NCBI RefSeq assembly: GCF_003334255.1 | Contig: NZ_QOWU01000057.1 | DNA length: 33,649 nt | Source: Escherichia coli | Lineage (GTDB): Bacteria > Pseudomonadota > Gammaproteobacteria > Enterobacterales > Enterobacteriaceae | Strand: one strand, 5' to 3' | Shown: piece after piece, positions 27,109 through 33,649 of the stretch | Position numbering within the stretch: the first letter of the stretch is position 1 | How the letters are laid out: every line of letters begins with the position of its first letter | Made by a program: the position numbers and the translations under genes | The notes under the pieces: generated by a model | The model's input: the letters and a program-made list of their open reading frames with translations, nothing else | What the model was told of the DNA's origin: nothing | The model's database searches: none

Positions 27109-27709
27109 ACTCCCGCTGATCGCCATTTTGCGCGGTATTACGCCCGACGAGGCGCTGGCGCATGTTGGCGCGGTGATTGACGCCGGGTTCGACGCGGTTG
27201 AAATCCCGCTGAATTCCCCACAATGGGAGCAAAGCATTCCCGCCATCGTTGATGCGTACGGCGACAAGGCGTTGATTGGCGCAGGTACGGTACTGAAACC
27301 TGAACAGGTCGATGCGCTCGCCAGGATGGGCTGTCAGCTCATCGTTACGCCCAATATCCATAGTGAAGTGATCCGCCGTGCGGTGGGCTACGGCATGACC
27401 GTCTGCCCCGGCTGCGCGACGGCGACCGAAGCCTTTACCGCGCTCGAAGCGGGCGCGCAGGCGCTGAAAATATTTCCGTCATCGGCTTTTGGTCCGCAAT
27501 ACATCAAAGCGTTAAAAGCGGTATTGCCATCGGACATCGCAGTCTTTGCCGTTGGCGGCGTGACGCCAGAAAACCTGGCGCAGTGGATAGACGCAGGTTG
27601 TGCAGGGGCGGGCTTAGGCAGCGATCTCTATCGCGCCGGGCAATCCGTAGAGCGCACCGCGCAGCAGGCAGCAGCATTTGTTAAGGCGTATCGAGAGGCA
27701 GTGCAATGA
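27092..27709 (+). CDS. dgoA: DgoA, 2-dehydro-3-deoxy-6-phosphogalactonate aldolase (205 aa)
   Basis: Overlaps dgoK 3' end by 17 nt; KDPG/KDPGal aldolase-like TIM-barrel sequence. Confidence 0.93.
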
Positions 27710-28854
27710 AAATCACCAAAATTACCACGTATCGTTTACCTCCCCGCTGGATGTTCCTGAAAATTGAAACCGATGAAGGCGTGGTCGGTTGGGGCGAGCC
27801 CGTGATCGAAGGCCGCGCCCGTACGGTGGAAGCGGCAGTTCACGAGCTGGGTGACTATTTGATTGGTCAGGATCCATCGCGCATCAATGACTTATGGCAA
27901 GTGATGTATCGCGCCGGATTCTATCGCGGCGGTCCGATCCTGATGAGCGCCATCGCCGGGATTGACCAGGCGTTATGGGATATCAAAGGTAAAGTGCTGA
28001 ATGCGCCGGTCTGGCAACTGATGGGCGGCCTGGTTCGCGACAAAATTAAAGCCTACAGTTGGGTTGGCGGCGATCGTCCGGCGGATGTTATCGACGGCAT
28101 TAAAACGCTACGCGAAATCGGCTTCGATACCTTCAAACTGAACGGTTGTGAAGAACTGGGGCTAATTGATAACTCCCGCGCGGTAGATGCGGCGGTTAAC
28201 ACCGTGGCACAAATTCGTGAAGCTTTTGGCAATCAGATTGAGTTTGGTCTTGATTTCCACGGTCGCGTCAGCGCGCCGATGGCGAAAGTGCTGATTAAAG
28301 AACTGGAGCCGTATCGCCCGCTGTTTATTGAGGAGCCGGTGCTGGCGGAACAAGCCGAATACTACCCGAAACTGGCGGCACAAACGCATATTCCACTGGC
28401 GGCGGGTGAACGCATGTTCTCACGCTTCGATTTTAAACGCGTGCTGGAGGCAGGTGGTATTTCGATTCTGCAACCGGATCTCTCCCACGCGGGCGGTATT
28501 ACCGAATGCTACAAAATCGCCGGAATGGCAGAAGCCTATGACGTGACCCTTGCGCCGCACTGTCCGCTCGGACCGATTGCACTGGCGGCTTGCCTGCATA
28601 TCGACTTTGTTTCCTATAACGCCGTACTTCAGGAACAAAGTATGGGAATTCATTACAACAAAGGCGCGGAGTTACTCGACTTTGTGAAAAACAAAGAAGA
28701 CTTCAGCATGGTCGGCGGCTTCTTTAAACCGTTAACGAAACCGGGCTTAGGCGTGGAAATCGACGAAGCTAAAGTGATTGAGTTCAGTAAAAATGCCCCG
28801 GACTGGCGTAATCCGCTCTGGCGTCATGAAGATAACAGCGTAGCAGAGTGGTAA
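27706..28854 (+). CDS. dgoD: DgoD, D-galactonate dehydratase (enolase superfamily) (382 aa)
   Basis: Start overlaps dgoA stop (ATGA); 382 aa; enolase-superfamily sequence. Confidence 0.95.
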
Positions 28855-28973
28855 TTCCTGCCACGTAAGCCCCTCATCGGGCACTAAAACAGCAATACAA
28901 AAATATAACCCTCTGTAAATTACAGGGCATGGTGAGCGGCTTCGCTATGCCCAAAATCTGGAGAAAGCTCGCT

Positions 28974-30266
28974 ATGGATATTCCCGTTAATGCAGCAAAG
29001 CCGGGGCGTCGGCGTTATCTGACGCTGGTGATGATCTTTATTACGGTAGTCATTTGTTATGTCGACCGCGCCAACCTGGCCGTGGCTTCCGCCCATATTC
29101 AGGAAGAGTTCGGCATTACCAAAGCGGAAATGGGCTATGTATTTTCGGCCTTCGCCTGGCTTTATACGCTATGTCAGATCCCCGGCGGTTGGTTTTTAGA
29201 TCGCGTAGGTTCTCGCGTGACTTATTTTATTGCGATATTTGGCTGGTCAGTGGCGACTTTATTCCAGGGCTTTGCCACGGGCTTAATGTCATTAATTGGT
29301 CTGCGCGCGATAACCGGTATTTTCGAAGCGCCTGCTTTCCCGACCAATAACCGGATGGTGACCAGCTGGTTCCCGGAACATGAACGCGCTTCTGCCGTTG
29401 GTTTTTATACGTCTGGTCAGTTTGTCGGTCTGGCGTTTCTGACGCCGCTGCTGATCTGGATTCAGGAGATGTTGAGCTGGCACTGGGTGTTCATTGTCAC
29501 TGGTGGTATCGGCATTATCTGGTCGCTGATTTGGTTTAAGGTTTATCAGCCGCCGCGCCTGACCAAAGGTATCAGCAAAGCTGAACTGGATTACATTCGT
29601 GATGGCGGCGGTCTGGTGGATGGTGATGCGCCGGTGAAGAAAGAGGCGCGTCAGCCGTTAACAGCCAAAGACTGGAAACTGGTGTTCCATCGTAAACTGA
29701 TCGGCGTTTATCTTGGGCAATTTGCGGTGGCTTCTACACTGTGGTTTTTCTTAACCTGGTTCCCGAACTATTTAACCCAGGAAAAAGGAATCACGGCGCT
29801 GAAAGCAGGCTTTATGACCACGGTGCCATTCCTCGCGGCGTTTGTCGGCGTCCTGCTCTCTGGCTGGGTAGCGGATCTGCTGGTACGTAAGGGCTTTTCA
29901 CTGGGCTTTGCGCGTAAAACGCCGATTATCTGCGGCTTGCTGATCTCCACCTGCATTATGGGCGCTAACTACACTAACGATCCGATGATGATTATGTGCC
30001 TGATGGCGCTGGCATTCTTCGGTAACGGTTTTGCTTCGATTACCTGGTCGCTGGTTTCTTCTCTGGCACCGATGCGCCTGATTGGTTTAACCGGCGGCGT
30101 GTTTAACTTCGCCGGTGGTCTGGGCGGCATCACCGTTCCGCTGGTGGTGGGGTACCTGGCGCAGGGTTACGGTTTCGCACCTGCACTGGTTTATATCTCC
30201 GCCGTCGCGTTGATTGGCGCGCTCTCTTATATCCTGCTGGTGGGCGATGTGAAGCGCGTTGGCTAA
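28974..30266 (+). CDS. dgoT: DgoT, D-galactonate:H+ symporter, MFS (430 aa)
   Basis: ORF 28929..30266 trimmed to ATG at 28974 ([22 protein letters not shown]…), GGAGA Shine-Dalgarno upstream; polytopic MFS transporter. Confidence 0.9.
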
Positions 30267-31327
30267 TCCTTCAACTGTGGAATATGTGCCACACCACTGC
30301 GCATAATCCACTTTCTTAAAGCCGGTGCGGTCAGGCATCGGCTTTTTACTATCTTGCCGAAGAGTTTTAAACGCAGTTTGCGGGTGGCGCGCCAGTAAGC
30401 GGTATTGAGCTTCTCTGGCTGCTTCAGTAACACCGAACGCAGAATGTCTGTGCTATCCAGCGCATAGCTAATCCCCTCCAGCGAGCTGGCGCTGATAAAT
30501 CCCGCCGCTTCACCAATCAGAAAGGCGTTGTCCTTACCGCAGACAAAATCCTGCCAGCGCGAGGGAAACAGCACCGTGCATTTTTCGCTTTTCACCGTCT
30601 TACCAAACTGGAACTGAAAGGCGCTCATTTTCTCTTTCAGCGTCGTGAAACGCGTCTGACCGTCTTTCATTGGATAGGCACCGCCAAAGATAAAATAACC
30701 GTCTTTGCTGATACTCCATGAATAACAGTTAGTTATCGAATTATCAAAGATGCAGGAGTAGAACGGCACCGGATGTTTCTCCGCGAACCACTGCTGGATA
30801 GCGACATATTTACGGATTTGATGATCCGGGTAGAGATGTCGCCGCACCATCGAGTTTGCGCCATCGGCACCGACCAGATAGCGGGCGGTAATATGTTGCT
30901 CCCAGCCGTCTGCACGAAAAATGACATGCCATTTATCATCCTCACGCCAGATTTTTCGGCACAGGCTGTCGTGATAAACCTCAACGCTGGCGGGGATCAG
31001 CGATTTCATCCACAAGTCGAAAGCATGGCGATTAATATTGATATAGCTTCGCTGGTAGTTACGCGTGAGCGATGCGGCGACGTCGACGGTTTTGACGCTG
31101 AAAATCTGCGGATTAGCGATCACATCGACAGGAAGCGTCAGCCCATCGCGAATAAAAGATCGCTGCGCGTCCGGTGCCAGCAGACCGCCGCAGGGTTTGC
31201 TGAAACCTTCAGTACCACACTGGTGCTTTTTATCCAGCGCGATCACCTGCATTTTGCCTGCTAACTTTCGTGCCAACGCCGATCCTGCCGGGCCGAGGCC
31301 AATAATCGCCACGTCGAAATGTTCCAT
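30263..31327 (-). CDS. cbrA: CbrA (YidS), FAD-dependent oxidoreductase, geranylgeranyl-reductase-like (354 aa)
   Basis: ORF trimmed to ATG at 31327 ([22 protein letters not shown]… = Rossmann GxGxxG FAD-binding motif); stop codon overlaps the dgoT stop. Confidence 0.85.
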
Positions 31328-31394
31328 CTTTTCACTCACATTCATCACGATGGCAAAAGACTATTGTCTGAAAGTGAAGTCCTTGTGAAGTATG

Positions 31395-32642
31395 ATGGCG
31401 GGACCCGTTTTGTATCAGGACCGCGCCATGAAACAGATAACCTTTGCTCCCCGTAATCACCTGCTCACCAATACCAATACCTGGACGCCCGACAGCCAGT
31501 GGCTGGTATTTGACGTGCGTCCTTCTGGCGCGTCGTTTACCGGCGAGACCATTGAGCGTGTGAATATCCATACCGGCGAGGTCGAGGTTATCTATCGCGC
31601 GTCACAGGGCGCACACGTCGGCGTGGTGACCGTTCATCCGAAGTCAGAGAAATATGTTTTCATCCACGGCCCGGAAAATCCTGATGAAACATGGCATTAC
31701 GACTTCCATCATCGGCGCGGAGTGATTGTTGAAGGCGGCAAGATGAGTAACCTTGATGCGATGGATATTACCGCGCCGTATACGCCAGGAGTGCTGCGCG
31801 GCGGCAGCCATGTGCATGTCTTTAGCCCGAACGGTGAAAGGGTGAGCTTTACCTATAACGACCATGTAATGCATGAACTCGATCCGGCGCTGGATTTGCG
31901 AAACGTCGGTGTTGCTGCGCCGTTTGGCCCGGTCAACGTACAAAAGCAGCATCCGCGTGAATACAGCGGTAGCCACTGGTGCGTGCTGGTGAGCAAAACC
32001 ACGCCCACGCCACAGCCTGGCAGTGATGAAATCAATCGTGCTTATGAAGAAGGATGGGTAGGAAATCACGCGCTGGCATTTATTGGCGACACACTTTCGC
32101 CAAAGGGCGAGAAAGTGCCGGAGCTGTTTATCGTTGAGTTACCGCAAGATGAAGCTGGCTGGAAAGCGGCAGGTGATGCGCCGTTAAGCGGAACGGAAAC
32201 AACCCTGCCCGCGCCACCGCGTGGCGTCGTGCAGCGACGTTTAACCTTTACCCACCATCGGGCTTATCCGGGGTTAGTCAACGTCCCGCGCCACTGGGTG
32301 CGCTGTAATCCGCAGGGTACACAAATCGCGTTTTTAATGCGAGATGATAACGGCATTGTGCAACTGTGGCTTATCTCGCCACAGGGCGGCGAGCCGCGCC
32401 AGTTAACCCATAACAAAACGGATATTCAGTCTGCATTTAACTGGCATCCGTCAGGAGAATGGTTGGGCTTTGTGCTGGATAATCGAATTGCTTGTGCCCA
32501 TGCGCAAAGCGGCGAGGTTGAGTATTTAACCGAACACCACGCCAATTCACCTTCTGCGGACGCCGTGGTCTTCTCGCCGGATGGTCAGTGGCTGGCGTGG
32601 ATGGAAGGCGGCCAGCTGTGGATCACCGAAACTGATCGCTAA
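31395..32642 (+). CDS. yidR: YidR, uncharacterised protein, DUF3748 / TolB-like beta-propeller (about 415 aa; start could be ATG 31392, 31395 or 31428)
   Basis: 416-aa ORF diverging from cbrA; WD40/TolB-like repeats (…VFSPDGQWLAW…); exact start not resolvable by eye. Confidence 0.8.
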   Translation: MAGPVLYQDRAMKQITFAPRNHLLTNTNTWTPDSQWLVFDVRPSGASFTGETIERVNIHTGEVEVIYRASQGAHVGVVTVHPKSEKYVFIHGPENPDETWHYDFHHRRGVIVEGGKMSNLDAMDITAPYTPGVLRGGSHVHVFSPNGERVSFTYNDHVMHELDPALDLRNVGVAAPFGPVNVQKQHPREYSGSHWCVLVSKTTPTPQPGSDEINRAYEEGWVGNHALAFIGDTLSPKGEKVPELFIVELPQDEAGWKAAGDAPLSGTETTLPAPPRGVVQRRLTFTHHRAYPGLVNVPRHWVRCNPQGTQIAFLMRDDNGIVQLWLISPQGGEPRQLTHNKTDIQSAFNWHPSGEWLGFVLDNRIACAHAQSGEVEYLTEHHANSPSADAVVFSPDGQWLAWMEGGQLWITETDR

Positions 32643-32643
32643 A

Positions 32644-32976
32644 TCAGTTATCAGGCATTCTGGCCGGTGGAATAACCGCATTGGTGGCTTGCGCGTTGGC
32701 TTCGCTTTTTTCAACGCGCGAGCGCACCGAGCTGTCTTTGCGGAACACATCCCACGGCAGTAAAAGCGTGTCCATCACAGCGGTAAACGGCATATCGAGA
32801 ATCGCCAGCGACTTAGTGCCCCAGTTGGTTTCATCGTCGCCAATCATGGTTGCGCTGGCGCGGGTGCCGGGATACGTTCCTTCTTTCCCTCCGGTATGGG
32901 ACATCACGCTGGAGCATCCTCCGAGTAATGTCATTCCGCTGCATATCATGAACGCTAACAACACATTTCTTATCAT
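32644..32976 (-). CDS. yidQ: YidQ, DUF1375-family outer-membrane lipoprotein (110 aa)
   Basis: ORF 32644..33051 trimmed to ATG at 32976 (MIRNVLLAFMICSGMTLLGGCSS… = signal peptide with lipobox LGGC); convergent with yidR, 1-nt gap. Confidence 0.8.
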   Translation of the reverse strand: MIRNVLLAFMICSGMTLLGGCSSVMSHTGGKEGTYPGTRASATMIGDDETNWGTKSLAILDMPFTAVMDTLLLPWDVFRKDSSVRSRVEKSEANAQATNAVIPPARMPDN

Positions 32977-33149
32977 AATAAATTCATCTGTTGATCGTGG
33001 GTGTTGGCCTGATGAGTTATAGCGATCCCTTGCTGAAAATAACATCATCATTACGTCGCACTGTGGCGGCTATCGCACTTTAACGTTTCGTGCTGCCCCC
33101 TCAGTCTATGCAATAGACCATAAACTGCAAAAAAAGTCCGCTGATAAGG

Positions 33150-33178
33150 CTTGAAAAGTTCATTTCCAGACCCATTTT
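33150..33178 (+). promoter_or_regulatory. Sigma-32 (heat-shock) promoter of ibpA
   Basis: -35 CTTGAAA (33150..33156) and -10 CCCATTTT (33171..33178) with 14-bp spacer, matching the sigma-32 consensus CTTGAAA-N13-15-CCCCATNT; about 100 nt 5' UTR follows (ibpA UTR is a known ROSE-type RNA thermometer). Confidence 0.65.
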
Positions 33179-33280
33179 TACATCGTAGCCGATGAGGACG
33201 CGCCTGATGGGTGTTCTGGCTACCTGACCTGTCCATTGTGGAAGGTCTTACATTCTCGCTGATTTCAGGAGCTATTGATT

Positions 33281-33577
33281 ATGCGTAACTTTGATTTATC
33301 CCCGCTTTACCGTTCTGCTATTGGATTTGACCGTTTGTTTAACCACTTAGAAAACAACCAGAGCCAGAGTAATGGCGGCTACCCTCCGTATAACGTTGAA
33401 CTGGTAGACGAAAACCATTACCGCATTGCTATCGCTGTGGCTGGTTTTGCTGAGAGCGAACTGGAAATTACCGCCCAGGATAATCTGCTGGTGGTGAAAG
33501 GTGCTCACGCCGACGAACAAAAAGAGCGCACCTATCTGTACCAGGGCATCGCTGAACGCAACTTTGAACGCAGGTAA
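33281..33577 (+). pseudogene. ibpA: ibpA (small heat-shock protein IbpA) truncated after codon 97 of 137 by IS1; fused reading frame adds Arg and stops at TAA 33575..33577 inside the IS1 end
   Basis: N-terminus [68 protein letters not shown]… matches IbpA up to …GIAERNFER, then the sequence switches to the IS1 terminus GGTAATGACTCC at 33573. Confidence 0.85.
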
Positions 33578-33649
33578 TGACTCCAACTTATTGATAGTGT
33601 TTTATGTTCAGATAATGCCCGATGACTTTGTCATGCAGCTCCACCGATT
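33573..33649 (-). mobile_element. insB: IS1 right-end fragment in inverted orientation (terminal inverted repeat at 33573..33595, insB 3' end on - strand 33588..33649); element body lies to the right of the window
   Basis: Exact reverse complement of window positions 1..77; begins GGTAATGACTCCAACTTATTGAT (IS1 terminal repeat as I recall it). Confidence 0.85.

Overview
This 33.6-kb window is core Escherichia coli/Shigella-type chromosome, with gene order and protein sequences matching (from memory, no database search) the K-12 yieL-to-ibpA region read in reverse-complement relative to standard K-12 coordinates. Gene content in order: yieL-yieK, cbrC, cbrB, yieH, adeP, chrR-yieE, yidZ, mdtL, the tryptophanase operon tnaC-tnaA-tnaB, mnmE-yidC-yidD-rnpA-rpmH, the replication cluster dnaA-dnaN-recF-gyrB, yidB, yidA, yidX, the galactonate operon dgoR-dgoK-dgoA-dgoD-dgoT, cbrA, yidR, yidQ and ibpA. 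All 30 protein genes look intact except ibpA. No rRNA, tRNA, CRISPR array or prophage genes were seen, and oriC is not in the window. The one non-core signal is that the first 77 bp and last 77 bp are perfect inverted copies of each other and match the IS1 right end (insB 3' codons plus terminal inverted repeat). The right copy truncates ibpA after codon 97 and the left copy ends 41 bp upstream of yieL. So the segment is bracketed by two inward-facing, inverted IS1 ends, which could reflect two independent insertions, an IS1-mediated inversion, or a composite-transposon-like unit; the window alone cannot distinguish these. I do not see evidence of a novel gene system. The remaining findings are known regulatory elements recognisable in sequence (tnaC leader and CAP site, dnaA promoter DnaA box and GATC cluster, DgoR operator repeats, ibpA sigma-32 promoter, REP elements, hairpins). 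Gene starts were refined from the ORF track where the known protein N-terminus was recognisable.
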